Assembly (NCBI GenBank): GCA_965217585.1
Contig: OZ244561.1
Span: forward strand, 1,504,001 to 1,568,000
Direction of reading: 5' to 3'
Source: Candidatus Latescibacterota bacterium
GTDB taxonomy: Bacteria > Latescibacterota > UBA2968 > UBA8231
Length of the DNA: 64,000 bases
Shown here: positions 47,745 through 58,481 of the stretch, piece after piece
Position numbering within the stretch: position 1 is the first letter of the stretch
Layout: each line of letters opens with the position of its first letter
Notes under the pieces: generated by a model
Database searches by the model: none
The model's input: only the letters and a program-made list of their open reading frames with translations
What the model was told of the DNA's origin: nothing
Program-made: the position numbers and the translations under genes

Positions 47745-47894
47745 GGATGTTGTAATTCATCGACGTTTCTGGGATTTTGAATAATCTCCATGAAAGCATG
47801 AAATCACTTCAGACCGCTGCGGCCTCGTCGCCGTTGATTGCGGCTGCTCGATGCCGTATCCTTTCGGTAGCACCCCTGCACAAGGAGGACAACC

Positions 47895-48734
47895 ATGGCC
47901 ACACCCCGCATTGACGACCGCGACTGGTCGGCCCTCACCACCGGCCAGCGCATCCGCCACCTCGAAGTCGAAGGCTACCTCGTCTTGCCCGACCTGCTCG
48001 ACTCCGACCACATCGCCCGCCTCAAAGCCATAACCGCAACTTTTGAGACCACGGCCGTCGATTACAGCGAACGCCAGCGCGGCCGCAGCAATATCCAATT
48101 CGACGGCGGCGAAATCACCGCCCTGCTTGGCCACCCGCCGACGCTCGCGTTCCTGCGCGAGCTTTTGGGCGACGAAGTGATCTTCATGCACTACGGCTAT
48201 GCTCGCTCCGAACCCGGCCATCCCGGCATCAGCCTCCACGCTGATGGCCAACCCTACGGCTCCAAAATTTTCGGCTTTGAAGGCTCTTGCCCGGTGTTGA
48301 TACGAGTGCTCTACTATCTCGACGACCTCATACCAGAAGTCTCGCCTTTCCGCGTGGTGCCGCGCTCGCACCTGTGCCTGCACGCCGACGCCAACCCCTA
48401 TACGCGCTACGAATCCCACCCCGAAGAAGTCATGGTTCCCTGCAAGGCCGGTTCTGCCGTGCTCATCAACCACCGCGTCTTCCACGGCAACTTCCCCAAC
48501 ATCGGCGCCTACCCGCGCGAAATGCTGGCCGTCGCCTACCGACCTGCTTGGGCCGGGCCGGTCGACGAAATCGTCCCTTGGAGCGAGGAAGATCTCCAGA
48601 CCTTGCCCGACGAAATCCGCCCGCTCTTCGCCGACCGCAACACGCGCCACTGGGACTACGACGGCGGCAACAAGCCCCCGAACATGGCCTCGGAGGCTCC
48701 GGGCATGGATCCCAGCCGTTGGGAGCACGCCTAA
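47895..48734 (+). CDS. PhyH-family dioxygenase
   Basis: AGGAGG RBS; EGYLVLP, LHAD, VVPRSH, AGSAVL.NHRVFHG...R. Confidence 0.85.
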   Translation: MATPRIDDRDWSALTTGQRIRHLEVEGYLVLPDLLDSDHIARLKAITATFETTAVDYSERQRGRSNIQFDGGEITALLGHPPTLAFLRELLGDEVIFMHYGYARSEPGHPGISLHADGQPYGSKIFGFEGSCPVLIRVLYYLDDLIPEVSPFRVVPRSHLCLHADANPYTRYESHPEEVMVPCKAGSAVLINHRVFHGNFPNIGAYPREMLAVAYRPAWAGPVDEIVPWSEEDLQTLPDEIRPLFADRNTRHWDYDGGNKPPNMASEAPGMDPSRWEHA

Positions 48735-48736
48735 CG

Positions 48737-49477
48737 CTACCGAGTGAACACCGTTCCCCGCACGTAAGACCCTTCCTCGGAAGCCAAAAACGCCAAGACC
48801 CGCGCCACCCCCATTGGGTCCCCCAGCACGGCGTTCCGCTTTGCTTCCTCTGGGTCGCGGCCTGCGGCCTCTGCCGCCTGCGCTATATTCTCCAGCTTCA
48901 GCGGCGTTGCAATCCCCCCAGGGCAAATCACGTGCAAGCGCACCCCTTTGGGGCCTAACTCACCTTCCAGCTTGTAGTGCAACCCGTGCTGCCCAGCCTT
49001 GCTCGCGGCATAAGCATAGGACGAGGAACCGCCCCGTACCCCCGCTCCCGAGGCGATGATCAGCAGCACGGACGTGCCGGCTGCCGCCAAGAGCGGCGTC
49101 GCGTATTTGGCCGAGAGGAAGGTGCCCTTCAAGTTGGTATCGAGCGTCGCGTCCCAATCCTCCTCCGACAGTTCCTCAATGGTCTTGTACGCTCCCGTCA
49201 AGACCCCGGCCGCGAAAACCGCCACATCGAGGTGGGTGGTGTGCTCCCTGATCTGCGCGGCCGACGCGGCCACGCTCTCTTCCAAACGCACGTCCGTTGC
49301 GTAGAAATGCGCTTGGCCCCCTGCGGCCTCGATCTGCGCCACGGCGGCTTGGCCCTCCGCTGCGTTGTAATCCACGATGTGGACGCGCGCCCCTTTTTGG
49401 GCGAAAAGCTCGGCCGTGGCCCGGCCAATGCCGGTAGCTCCGCCAGTTACCAACGCATCTTTGTTTGCTAGCTTCAC
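48737..49477 (-). CDS. Short-chain dehydrogenase/reductase
   Basis: TGGATGIG, NLKG, YAASK, ICPG.I.T. Confidence 0.92.
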   Translation of the reverse strand: MKLANKDALVTGGATGIGRATAELFAQKGARVHIVDYNAAEGQAAVAQIEAAGGQAHFYATDVRLEESVAASAAQIREHTTHLDVAVFAAGVLTGAYKTIEELSEEDWDATLDTNLKGTFLSAKYATPLLAAAGTSVLLIIASGAGVRGGSSSYAYAASKAGQHGLHYKLEGELGPKGVRLHVICPGGIATPLKLENIAQAAEAAGRDPEEAKRNAVLGDPMGVARVLAFLASEEGSYVRGTVFTR

Positions 49478-49573
49478 ACGTACCTCCTTCTATCGCGTGC
49501 GGCGCCGCGGCAAAAGTTGCCGATATATCGCCATGGGGTATTTTCTACAAGTGATCTGTTCAAACTCCGCCAC

Positions 49574-50578
49574 ATGACCACCAATCGCCAACTCGCCGTC
49601 TGGCTCCTCGCTGTCTCGGCCCTCATCGTCGTCCTCGTAGTGTACGGGGGCTGGGTGCGCCTGACCCGATCGGGCCTATCCATAGTCGAGTGGAACGTCG
49701 TCACCGGCGTCGTTCCGCCGCTGAGTGCTGCGGCTTGGGAAAGCGAATTCGCCAAGTACCGGCAGACACCCGAATACCAGCTCGTCAACTATGGCATGGG
49801 GCTGGACGAATTCAAGTTTATCTACTACATGGAGTTCGGCCACCGCTTGCTCGGCCGACTGGCCGGGTTGCTCTTTGTGGTGCCCCTACTCTATTTCCTC
49901 TACCGCCGAGCCATTTCCCGCGCCCACATACCCGCCTATCTGGGCATTGGCCTGCTCTTCGCCCTCCAAGGCTTGGTGGGCTGGCTAATGGTCAAAAGCG
50001 GCCTAGACGACCGGCCCCAAGTAAGTCACCTGCGCTTGACCTTGCACCTTTGTTGCGCCCTAGCCCTTTTGGCTGCTTGCCTATGGCAGGCCCTCGGCTA
50101 TCTGTCGTCTGCGGCAAAGGCCCGGCCGGTGCCCCGCACCGCACGCCAACTTTGCGCTTGGCTGTTTGCCGCCGTCTGCCTTCAGATCGCCGCTGGCGGC
50201 CTAGTCGCCGGGCTCAAGGCCGGCTACCTGTCGGACACCTTCCCCAAAATGTTCGGGGTTTGGGTGCCGGCTGGCTTGTGGTCTATGCAGCCGCCGCTCG
50301 TAAACCTGCTCGACAATGCCACTACCGTCCACTTCCAACACCGCTTCTTCGCCTTTGCGGTCCTCGGGCTGGCACTAGCTCTGTGGGCGCCCGCCCGCCG
50401 CACGGCCCTAAAAACTGGGGCCGACCTAATCCTCTGCTTGGTAGTGGTGCAGATCGGCTTGGGGATCGGCACTGTCGTCACGCATGTGCCCTTGGTCTTG
50501 GCCTCGCTGCATCAGGCAATGGCCGTGGCCCTGTTCGCTGCCGCGCTTTTTCTTTGCCACCGCGCGTACAGAGGCTAG
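49574..50578 (+). CDS. ctaA: Heme A synthase, COX15/CtaA type 2
   Basis: GGWVRLTRSGLSIVEW, EFGHRLLGR, GWLMVKSGL, RL.LHL, FQHR, LHQ. Confidence 0.9.
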   Translation: MTTNRQLAVWLLAVSALIVVLVVYGGWVRLTRSGLSIVEWNVVTGVVPPLSAAAWESEFAKYRQTPEYQLVNYGMGLDEFKFIYYMEFGHRLLGRLAGLLFVVPLLYFLYRRAISRAHIPAYLGIGLLFALQGLVGWLMVKSGLDDRPQVSHLRLTLHLCCALALLAACLWQALGYLSSAAKARPVPRTARQLCAWLFAAVCLQIAAGGLVAGLKAGYLSDTFPKMFGVWVPAGLWSMQPPLVNLLDNATTVHFQHRFFAFAVLGLALALWAPARRTALKTGADLILCLVVVQIGLGIGTVVTHVPLVLASLHQAMAVALFAAALFLCHRAYRG

Positions 50579-51294
50579 ACCGCCTCATAGCGGTTGATGA
50601 TCTCGGTTTCGACCGCGCCGTCGGCCGCGATTCGGCGTACCGCAAGCGCAATCCGATGCTCGGGGTTTAGGGCTTCCCAGAGGCGGGCGGGCGCGTTGGT
50701 GAGGGGCAACAGGTAGGGAACTCCAGAAAACGAGGGCAGCGGGTCGCCATCGGAGTCGTACGTGGTAATGGCGTAACCGTAGCCCGGCTCGACGCAGTCG
50801 AAGCGGAAGAAGTGGCGTTCGCTGCGCTCGGGGTCAAAGGGGCTGGCCTTGAGTATGGCAAGCCAAGCCTCATCGACTTCCAAATCGACATAGCCCGCTA
50901 TGCGCGGCGTGTAGTTGGGCGGATCTGGCTCGTGTAACCAGCCAGCCAAGCTCTCGGCAAAACTGCGGCCGGCGGCAAAACTCTCGTGTATGGCGTCGGT
51001 ATGGACCCCATTGGAGACAATGCTGCGCCGAGCGCAAACTCGCATGGCGTTGTAAATGATGAGCGTGGGGTCGCTCAACTTCGCGGGATCCGCCGCTTCC
51101 GTCCGCAGTACGTCGCCCTCGGCGCTGAAAATGCGGTTGCGGCTGTTGGCACTGCGCCCCGCGATCCAGTAAACCTGCATCCAAGTCCCCTCCGCGGCCC
51201 GGCCGATGACAATGCCGCGGCCCACGTAGGGGTTTTCGGCCAGCCGTTGCTGCAAGTTGGCCGTTGCCTGTTCTCCTACCGTTTTTGGCACCAT
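50575..51294 (-). CDS. IMP cyclohydrolase-like protein (PurO-like Ntn fold)
   Basis: YVGRGI.IG, YWI.GRS.NSRNR, LIIYN, SNG.HTD, EPD.PNYTPRI.G. Confidence 0.8.
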   Translation of the reverse strand: MVPKTVGEQATANLQQRLAENPYVGRGIVIGRAAEGTWMQVYWIAGRSANSRNRIFSAEGDVLRTEAADPAKLSDPTLIIYNAMRVCARRSIVSNGVHTDAIHESFAAGRSFAESLAGWLHEPDPPNYTPRIAGYVDLEVDEAWLAILKASPFDPERSERHFFRFDCVEPGYGYAITTYDSDGDPLPSFSGVPYLLPLTNAPARLWEALNPEHRIALAVRRIAADGAVETEIINRYEAV

Positions 51295-51361
51295 GCCACA
51301 TAGTATAGGACAACGCTACACTCGACAAAAGCGCCACAGCACTCGCCTTTTGGCACCCAAT

Positions 51362-51415
51362 AAAAAGGCCGGTTCTTTTTCTCGACGGGGAATTACCGAG
51401 AAAAGGCACCGGCCT
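51362..51415 (-). terminator. Long-stem rho-independent terminator
   Basis: Minus strand aggccggtgccttttctcg...cgagaaaaagaaccggcc-ttttt. Confidence 0.65.
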
Positions 51416-51438
51416 GAACGAGGTGCAGCCGAGGCGGC

Positions 51439-51636
51439 CTACTTACTGCGTTTTAGCACTGGCAGACCGTTTTTGCTTTCAGACACCTCATAGCCATCCG
51501 GCACCGCGTCGAGAGCACCTTCCTTTTCGGTTTTAGAAAAGAAGTAAATCGTCTGCGAGTTGCCGTTTCTGAGGGTCGTAGTCCGAGAGTGCAGAATATA
51601 CGCGACCCCCTTGGAATTTGTATGCGAAAAAGCCAT
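51439..51636 (-). CDS. Small hypothetical protein (65 aa)
   Basis: AAGGAG RBS; MAFSHTNSKGVAYILH...IYFFSK...VPDGYEV.E.KNGLPVLKR; followed by a terminator. Confidence 0.8.
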   Translation of the reverse strand: MAFSHTNSKGVAYILHSRTTTLRNGNSQTIYFFSKTEKEGALDAVPDGYEVSESKNGLPVLKRSK

Positions 51637-51877
51637 AGCATCTCCTTACATTCAATCTAGAGGAAACATGGAAGTCGAACGGCGACGCACGACTTCTCTC
51701 TGAGTAGGGGAGTCTTTCTCCAAAAAAAGGCCATCTGCCCAAAATCGCAACTACTTTTATCGCCCCTCGTCTTGGGTCAGGACTGCCGCCAAGACGGCTC
51801 TTGACTAAGAGCAACCCATAGCGTAGAATATATTTTCTTCATGTAGAGACTTAAAAGTCAAGGGTTAGGAGCAGTGA

Positions 51878-52225
51878 ATGAGCAATTTTAGCGTCGAGGT
51901 CAGATCGGATGAACCCTTTGAAAAGGCGCTGCGGCGCTTTACATCCAAAACCCGCAAAGCCGGCTTATTGCGCGACTTGAAGAAGCGGCGTTTCTATACT
52001 AAACCCTCGGTCCAGAAGAAGATCAACCGCCAAAAGAGCATCCGTCGGCAGCAGAAGGCCATTCGCATGGCCGAGGTCGGCTTTGTCCGTGGCGCGCGCG
52101 GGGCCGGGGCCGGTGGTGGGCGCGGGGCCGGGGCCGGGGCCGGGGCCGGGGCCGGGGCCGGGGCCGGTGGTGGGCGCGGGGCCGGTGGTGGGCGCGGGGC
52201 CGGTGGTGGGCGCAGCCCGCGTTAG
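51878..52225 (+). CDS. rpsU: 30S ribosomal protein S21 with Gly/Ala/Arg low-complexity tail
   Basis: V.V...EPFEKALRRF...KAG.LRDLKKRRFY.KPS; tail encoded by tandem repeats. Confidence 0.9.
   Translation: MSNFSVEVRSDEPFEKALRRFTSKTRKAGLLRDLKKRRFYTKPSVQKKINRQKSIRRQQKAIRMAEVGFVRGARGAGAGGGRGAGAGAGAGAGAGAGGGRGAGGGRGAGGGRSPR
52098..52214 (+). repeat. Coding tandem repeats: (GGGGCC)7 at 52124-52165 plus repeated gccggtggtgggcgcggg units
   Basis: Read directly from the sequence. Confidence 0.85.
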
Positions 52226-52324
52226 GTCTTTTTTGTAAGCCAACCCTGTTGGTCGGCGTCCTTAAGACCTGCTTGGAACGCTCAGCTCAACGCAATTAGC
52301 AATCGAAGGGAGGTAACCTTCATC

Positions 52325-52564
52325 ATGTCCGAACGTCAAAGTGGATCCGTCAAGTGGTTCGATAGTTCCAAGGGGTTTGGTTTCATTCAGCGCGAAGGAC
52401 AAGACGACGTCTTCGTCCATTACAGTGCGATTCGCGGCGATGGTTTCCGCTCCCTAGAGGAAGGTCAGCGGGTGGAATTTGAGACGGTCACTAGCCCCAA
52501 GGGCCTCCAAGCCAGAGACGTGGTCGTCATCGGCGCGACCCCCCAAACCGAAACACCCCAATAA
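52325..52564 (+). CDS. Cold-shock protein (CspA family)
   Basis: GSVKWF...[27 protein letters not shown]. Confidence 0.95.
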   Translation: MSERQSGSVKWFDSSKGFGFIQREGQDDVFVHYSAIRGDGFRSLEEGQRVEFETVTSPKGLQARDVVVIGATPQTETPQ

Positions 52565-52583
52565 TCCCTCAGACAAACACGAC

Positions 52584-52617
52584 AAGCGCGGGGCCTTTTG
52601 GGCACCCGCGCTTTTTT
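52584..52617 (+). terminator. Rho-independent terminator after the csp gene
   Basis: aagcgcggggcc-tttt-gggcacccgcgc-tttttt. Confidence 0.75.
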
Positions 52618-52630
52618 ATGCCAACTCAGT

Positions 52631-53053
52631 CTAGTGAGTCTGGAAAAACTCCACGACTTCGCCGTTGGGTCCTTTGAAAAAGGCGACCGTCACGTTCAGC
52701 CGGTCCAGCGTCAGATCCTTGGGTTCGACCGTGATCTCGCATCCGGCCGCTCGCACCCGCTCCGTGGCGGCACGCGCGTCTGTAACCGCCAAGGCAAAGT
52801 GCGTCACCGGATCATTCGGGCTTTCAGCTCCAGGTGCGGGTGATTCGGCCGTGGGAGCGAAGAGTTCGAGGTGGCTTCCGTCGCCCGCGTCCAAAAGCGC
52901 GATTTTGCGCTCGGGCGAACCGAATTCGGCGATGACCTCCATACCCAGCACATCTCGGTAAAAGCTCAACGAAGTTTCCCAATCGCGCGTCTGCACGGCC
53001 ACGTGGTGCATTCCACAACCGGCGATTATAGCGTTTTTATCTCCTACGGGCAT
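52631..53053 (-). CDS. VOC/glyoxalase family protein
   Basis: HHVAV, FYRDVLG, LELF, HFAL.V.D, FFKGPNGE.VEF. Confidence 0.88.
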   Translation of the reverse strand: MPVGDKNAIIAGCGMHHVAVQTRDWETSLSFYRDVLGMEVIAEFGSPERKIALLDAGDGSHLELFAPTAESPAPGAESPNDPVTHFALAVTDARAATERVRAAGCEITVEPKDLTLDRLNVTVAFFKGPNGEVVEFFQTH

Positions 53054-53075
53054 CGACGTTCTTCCTTTCCTTGCT

Positions 53076-54203
53076 TTAGTGAAACTGCCTAGAGGCCACC
53101 AAGTGCGCGAAACGCGCGATCGTCTCCTCCAAGTCGAATCCGTACACGGCCTTGTTTCCCGCAACGACCTGCCCGACCACGTCTGCCGGCAGGGCATTGT
53201 CGCCGCAACAAGCCCCTACCAGCGCCCCGGTAATCCCGGCATAGCAGTCGATATCCGCGTAGCGGCTCCAGTACCCCTCCTCGTCGAGATCGCCTTGATT
53301 GGCCGCCACTTGCAGCGCGAGGGACGGGTCGTCGGGATGGGACAAGAGCGCGGCAAAGGCAATGGCCAGCGCCCGGAAGGGGTCGAAGACGCTAAAATGG
53401 CGCAGGTCCCACGTGAGGAACTCGGCCAATTCTGCGGCTCTTTTACCTGCGGCTCTCGCCAGTAGCGGCGGCAGCTTCTGCCGGATGAAAGCGTCCCCGA
53501 AATACCCTCCCAAGCACAGGGGATCCAGCGCCAATACCGCATCGACCAAAACCGGCGGCGACATATCGGCCAGCGCCGCACTCTGCGCCGCCGCCAATAG
53601 CGCGGTGGCCTCGCGTGCGTAGCCTACCGCAAAAAAATCTGCCTCATATGCAGCGCGATAAGCCCCTTCGGGATCACCGGGAAAAAGCAGGCCCGCCGAT
53701 GGCAGCACCAGCAGCCCGGCCAGAGTCGGATAGTTAAGCCCTATGCTCCGCGTGGCGAGCACCGCGGGCGGCACTCCTCGATAGCGCGGCGATTCCTCCC
53801 CCAGACAACCGCGGCTAACCCCTTCCCACACCTCAAACTGCTCTCGCGCCAGTTCAGCGCTGCCGGGAAAGAAATCCCCGGGCCGCTCATACACGTCCAA
53901 CAATCGCCGCGCCACCTCCCGATCCGCCGGCATCCTCCCCAGTTCGACGGCCAACTCCATAAAAAGATAATTGTAGCGCGCGTCGTCGGTACCCGTGCCC
54001 GCCGGTGCTTGGTCGGCCCATATTCCATGCGGCCCCTTTTTCCCGGCGAATGGGTGGAGCCGCCCCAGCCACGGCTCGCCCGTGCGCTTTTTAACGGCAT
54101 CTGGCGGCGCGAATTCAAACGGCGCACCCAAGGCGTCTCCCCAAGCCTGGGCGAGCACCGAGCCGCGGATCCTCGATTGCAGCGTCGGTTTCATTGAACC
54201 CAT
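53076..54203 (-). CDS. ADP-ribosylglycohydrolase family protein
   Basis: G.....AWGDALGAP.E, GTDD, DIDC...ITGALVGA..G. Confidence 0.85.
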   Translation of the reverse strand: MGSMKPTLQSRIRGSVLAQAWGDALGAPFEFAPPDAVKKRTGEPWLGRLHPFAGKKGPHGIWADQAPAGTGTDDARYNYLFMELAVELGRMPADREVARRLLDVYERPGDFFPGSAELAREQFEVWEGVSRGCLGEESPRYRGVPPAVLATRSIGLNYPTLAGLLVLPSAGLLFPGDPEGAYRAAYEADFFAVGYAREATALLAAAQSAALADMSPPVLVDAVLALDPLCLGGYFGDAFIRQKLPPLLARAAGKRAAELAEFLTWDLRHFSVFDPFRALAIAFAALLSHPDDPSLALQVAANQGDLDEEGYWSRYADIDCYAGITGALVGACCGDNALPADVVGQVVAGNKAVYGFDLEETIARFAHLVASRQFH

Positions 54204-54215
54204 CGGGGCCGACGG

Positions 54216-54578
54216 TTAAAGCAGATGGAAGAAGATATAGGCCGCCAGCCCAGTGCCGACTACGGCACCGCCGTAGCAGAAGTAGTGAATGGGAAGGATA
54301 AACTTCCGCACCCCAAACTCGTGGAGCATGAAGCGGATGCGGTGCGCTGCGTGGTAGAGAGGTAGGACGGCCACGACGAAAAAGAACACCTTGGCCAGCG
54401 GGTGGCTGAGCAACTCGCGCATGGCCTCGTATCCGCTCGCCTCCGAGCCGACCAAGCCCAGCGGCTCAGCCAGCCCGGCGAAGTAAATCAGCACGGGGAT
54501 CAACATGGCGGCTACCACGCCGCCAGCGGAAAACAGGCTCCACCAGAAAGGTTCGGTTTTGTCTTGTTTGTAGCTCAT
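54216..54578 (-). CDS. frdD: Fumarate reductase membrane anchor subunit D
   Basis: EPFWWSLFSAGG..AA, LPLYHAAHRI...HE, CYG.A. Confidence 0.85.
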   Translation of the reverse strand: MSYKQDKTEPFWWSLFSAGGVVAAMLIPVLIYFAGLAEPLGLVGSEASGYEAMRELLSHPLAKVFFFVVAVLPLYHAAHRIRFMLHEFGVRKFILPIHYFCYGGAVVGTGLAAYIFFHLL

Positions 54579-54582
54579 GGCT

Positions 54583-54978
54583 CTACACATACAGGAAAAT
54601 GTAGCCGACGGCCGCCGACACGAGGAAAAATCCGACGAAAGCACCAGCCGTTACCAATTTGGGTGGCACAGTAAACGCGCCCATCCGCACGACCTGCACC
54701 CGGCCCATTACCCCCAGCCAAGTGATCGTGTGGTAGAGAGCAAAGACAAACGCAACCGCGTAAAAGGCCACAAACGCCGGCGTCGTCAATACGGAGCGGC
54801 AAGCCGCATACGCCTCCGGCCCCTTGGCCAGCGCAAAGAGCTGGTAGAGGAAGAGGAGGACGAAGGCGGCGATGAAGACGCTGCTCAATTCGCGCATCAT
54901 AAACAAGAAGTAGTTACGACTCTTCAGCCACCAAGTCGCAGATAGCTTTGGCTTGTAGGTTTCGTACGACTGGCTCAT
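54583..54978 (-). CDS. frdC: Fumarate reductase membrane anchor subunit C
   Basis: Y.P....TWWLK...Y..FM.RE.S, LYHT.TW. Confidence 0.85.
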   Translation of the reverse strand: MSQSYETYKPKLSATWWLKSRNYFLFMMRELSSVFIAAFVLLFLYQLFALAKGPEAYAACRSVLTTPAFVAFYAVAFVFALYHTITWLGVMGRVQVVRMGAFTVPPKLVTAGAFVGFFLVSAAVGYIFLYV

Positions 54979-55721
54979 TTGTTCCCCCAAGGCATGAGAA
55001 AGGATTTGAACCAGTTAGTCGTGGTCTCGACCTTGGTGCGCTGGATGGCGGCGGCCGGGTCCACATCCTTGGGACAAACCACCGAGCATTCCCCGATAAA
55101 GGTGCATTCCCAAATGCCCTCACTGCTAGCGGCGACGACCGTGCGCTGGGCGTAGCCTTCGTCGCGCGAGTCGAGGTTGTAGCGGTAGGAAAGCGCGAGG
55201 GCCGCTGGGCCGACGAAGACGTCTTCCAGCCCATAGACCGGACAAGCCGCGTAGCACAGCAGGCAGTTGATGCACTGGCTGAACTGCTTGAACTCCTTTA
55301 GCTCCGCGGGCGACTGCAAGTACTCTCCTTCAGAGACCGGCTTTTCTTCCTCGCGAATGATCCACGGCTGGACCGCCTTGAGCTTATCCATGAAATCTTC
55401 TACATCGACGACCAAGTCGCGGATGATCGGGAAGTGGGCGAGGGGCTGGATCACCAGCTCATTCGGATAGTAGTCCTTGAGAAAGGCTGCGCAGGTCAAC
55501 TTAGGCTCGCCGTTGACCATCATACCGCAAGAGCCGCACACACCCATGCGGCACGACCAGCGGTACGAGAGGGTGCCGTCGAGGTGATCTTTGATGTAGT
55601 TGAGCGCGTCGAGGACGACCCAGTCCTCCTGATAGGGAACCTCGTAAACCTGCTCGGTGGGTGCGTCCTCCTGCTCGGGTCGGAAGCGGGTCACCCGGAT
55701 GCCAATGGTCTTGTCGCTCAT
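54975..55721 (-). CDS. frdB: Fumarate reductase/succinate dehydrogenase iron-sulfur subunit
   Basis: [35 protein letters not shown]. Confidence 0.92.
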   Translation of the reverse strand: MSDKTIGIRVTRFRPEQEDAPTEQVYEVPYQEDWVVLDALNYIKDHLDGTLSYRWSCRMGVCGSCGMMVNGEPKLTCAAFLKDYYPNELVIQPLAHFPIIRDLVVDVEDFMDKLKAVQPWIIREEEKPVSEGEYLQSPAELKEFKQFSQCINCLLCYAACPVYGLEDVFVGPAALALSYRYNLDSRDEGYAQRTVVAASSEGIWECTFIGECSVVCPKDVDPAAAIQRTKVETTTNWFKSFLMPWGNK

Positions 55722-55733
55722 AGCTCCTCTCAA

Positions 55734-57443
55734 CTAGTAGGTGCGCTCTTGGGGCTGCCAGCGGGTAATGAGGACATCTTGGTATTCAATGCGCGGCTCG
55801 CCATCGGTGCGGTACGCCAAGGAGTGGCAGAGGAAGTTTTCGTCGTCGCGTTCCTCGTAGTCCAGGCGCGAATGCGAGCCGCGCGACTCCCGGCGCAACA
55901 ATGCCGAATGGGCCACGGTCTCAGCCACATCGAGCAGCGAACCCAGTTCCAAAGCGGCGGTCAGTTCGGTATTGAAGACCGATGAGTTGTCGTCAACTTG
56001 GACGCGAGTATAGCGTTCCTTGAGCTTGGGCAACTCGGCGCAGGTCGCCTCTAGGCTCTCCTGTTGGCGGTAAATGCCCGCCCCTTGCTCCATCGTCTTC
56101 TGCAGATCCGTGCGAATGTCGGCAATTTTCTCGCTGCCTTCGTTTTTGAAAAACGCATTTTCAATCCGCTGCCACTCGTCGGCCGCCATCTGCTCTAAGC
56201 TGCTGTACGGCGGTGTGTTGGCCTCCGCGGCGTACTCGGCGGCATACCGGCCGGCCCGAGCGCCGAAGACCAAAAGCTCGGACAGCGAGTTGGAGCCGAG
56301 GCGATTGGCCCCGTTCATGGTGACACAGGCCGTTTCTCCGGCCGCGAACAGACCCGGAATCGGCGTCGCTGTAGTAATGTCGGTGTGAATGCCGCCCATC
56401 ATGTAGTGGACCACCGGGCGCACAGGTACCGGCTCGTACACGGGATCGATGCCCACGTAGTTTTTGGTCAGCTCGCGCACGAAGGGGATGCGCTCGTCGA
56501 TTTTCTTTTCGCCCAAGTGCCGCAAATCAAGATGGACGTAGGTACCGTACGGGCCAGAAAAGACCCGACCGGCCCGCTCCTCGTGGACGAACGCCCGCGA
56601 AACCATGTCGCGCGGGCCTAATTCCATTTTGTCGGGTAGGTATTCGCTGAGGTAGCGGTCGCCCTTATTGTTGATTAGGTAGCCGCCCTCGCCGCGCGAT
56701 GCCTCGGTCATTAGGATGCCCGTGCCCGGCAGCCCCGTGGGATGGTACTGCACAAATTCCATGTCCTTGAGTGGACAGCCCGCTTGGTAGGCCATGGACA
56801 TGCCGTCGCCGGTCTTGATGGCGGCATTAGTCGTAAAGGGAAAAATGCGCCCGCCGCCGCCCGTGCAGATGATCACGGCCTTGGCCGGAATCGCCTGCAT
56901 GGCACCGGAGCGCACGTTGATCGCTGCCACGCCGCAGGCCGCGCCATTGTCGTCGAGCAGCAGTCGCGTCCCGTACCACTCGTCGTAGCGCTGGATGCGG
57001 TCGTATTTGAGCGAAGTCTGGAAGAGGGCGTGCAGCATGTGGAAGCCGGTCTTGTCGGCCGCGTACAGGGTCCGCTTGACCGTCATGCCGCCGAAAGCGC
57101 GCACGCTGATCCGGCCGTCGTCGTCGCGGCTCCAAGGGCAGCCCCAATGCTCCAATTGAATCAACTCGTCGCGGGCCTCTTTGACGAAGATCTCAACTAC
57201 GTCTTGGTCAGCGAGGAAATCGCTGCCTTTAATGGTGTCGAAGGCATGGGAGTCAAAGCTGTCGTCTTCGCGTATCACCGCCGCGGAGCCACCCTCGGCT
57301 GACACCGTGTGGCTGCGCATCGGGTACACTTTGGAGACCAGGCCGACGCTGAGGTTCGGATCGAGCTCGACAGCGGCAATCGCCGCCCGCAGACCCGCAC
57401 CACCGCCGCCTACGATTAGTATGTCGTGTTCAGGTACATTCAC
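55734..57443 (-). CDS. frdA: Fumarate reductase/succinate dehydrogenase flavoprotein subunit
   Basis: [20 protein letters not shown] (covalent FAD His), [30 protein letters not shown]. Confidence 0.93.
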   Translation of the reverse strand: MNVPEHDILIVGGGGAGLRAAIAAVELDPNLSVGLVSKVYPMRSHTVSAEGGSAAVIREDDSFDSHAFDTIKGSDFLADQDVVEIFVKEARDELIQLEHWGCPWSRDDDGRISVRAFGGMTVKRTLYAADKTGFHMLHALFQTSLKYDRIQRYDEWYGTRLLLDDNGAACGVAAINVRSGAMQAIPAKAVIICTGGGGRIFPFTTNAAIKTGDGMSMAYQAGCPLKDMEFVQYHPTGLPGTGILMTEASRGEGGYLINNKGDRYLSEYLPDKMELGPRDMVSRAFVHEERAGRVFSGPYGTYVHLDLRHLGEKKIDERIPFVRELTKNYVGIDPVYEPVPVRPVVHYMMGGIHTDITTATPIPGLFAAGETACVTMNGANRLGSNSLSELLVFGARAGRYAAEYAAEANTPPYSSLEQMAADEWQRIENAFFKNEGSEKIADIRTDLQKTMEQGAGIYRQQESLEATCAELPKLKERYTRVQVDDNSSVFNTELTAALELGSLLDVAETVAHSALLRRESRGSHSRLDYEERDDENFLCHSLAYRTDGEPRIEYQDVLITRWQPQERTY

Positions 57444-57533
57444 GGGAAAATCTGCTTAGATAAATGGTTATGTTGCGAAGGACAAAAAAATTAAATCATA
57501 TCGCCGATAGGAGCAACTGCTAGCCCGGCGAGA

Positions 57534-58481
57534 TTACGCCGGGGCATGTAGTGCCCGCAGCCGGGCCACTTCGCGCGATGTGGCGCGCCAAGTCGGGCCG
57601 GATTCGTGGCGCAGGGCATAGCCCATCGGGGTGAGTTCTTCGACCTCGGAGAAAAAGTGGTCCTGCCCCTTTTGAATGCAGTCCATCACTTTGTCGTCAG
57701 CCGTTGGATTGCGCTGGATGCGTGCTCTAACCGTCAAGTCCGCTCCCTGGTCCAACAGATACTCAAAGGTCTCCCAGCCCGTTCCTTGGTTGGCACCAAT
57801 GGCGTGGAAGAGAGGCGTCTGGCCGCCCACGCCGTTGCGGCCGATCTCGGCGCGGGCATTCAAATCGGCACCGCGCCTCAGCAGCAGGTTCACGGCATCC
57901 AGCTCGTGATATTCAACCGCCACGTGCAGGAGGGTGACACCCCGCAGCGTGAGATGGTCGCCATAGTCGAGCGAGAAGCATGTCGCGACCAAGTCGGGAC
58001 AGCGATCGAGGCGCTGCTCCAGTTGGTCGAGATGGCCTCGGTGGATATCCATCGTCGGGCCATCCTCAAAGGTGGCTCCCGCTTCGATGAGTGCTTCGAC
58101 GCAGGCGTGCAGGTGGGCGGGAGGCGAGCGGTGGTACGTCTGCAAAAGTCCGTAGAGGACGCGGCAGTCCCAGCCTTCGTTGTACGCGTCGTCGGGGTGG
58201 ACGCCCAGCTTTAGCAGACGCTGCATGTGGTCTAGATTGTGATTCTCGCAGCACCCAAAGAGCGCTCCGTTCAATTCGCGCAGATCGGCACCGAATTCGA
58301 CCAACAGACGCATGGCGTCCAAGCTAGCGTCAATGCGGTCGGCGTATTGCAAGGGGGTATAGCTCTGCCCGTTCGCGCATTCGACGCGGTGGTGAACCAA
58401 ATGCGGGTGCTGGCGCAGCAGGGTCGCCAAGGTGTCTAAATCGCTCTCGTCGAGGGCCTTTTGCAAGTCCGTGCTATTCAT
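57534..58481 (-). CDS. Ankyrin-repeat protein
   Basis: TPLQYA, TLLHVAVE...LLLRRGADLNA, QTPLFHA...LLDQGAD. Confidence 0.82.
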   Translation of the reverse strand: MNSTDLQKALDESDLDTLATLLRQHPHLVHHRVECANGQSYTPLQYADRIDASLDAMRLLVEFGADLRELNGALFGCCENHNLDHMQRLLKLGVHPDDAYNEGWDCRVLYGLLQTYHRSPPAHLHACVEALIEAGATFEDGPTMDIHRGHLDQLEQRLDRCPDLVATCFSLDYGDHLTLRGVTLLHVAVEYHELDAVNLLLRRGADLNARAEIGRNGVGGQTPLFHAIGANQGTGWETFEYLLDQGADLTVRARIQRNPTADDKVMDCIQKGQDHFFSEVEELTPMGYALRHESGPTWRATSREVARLRALHAPA

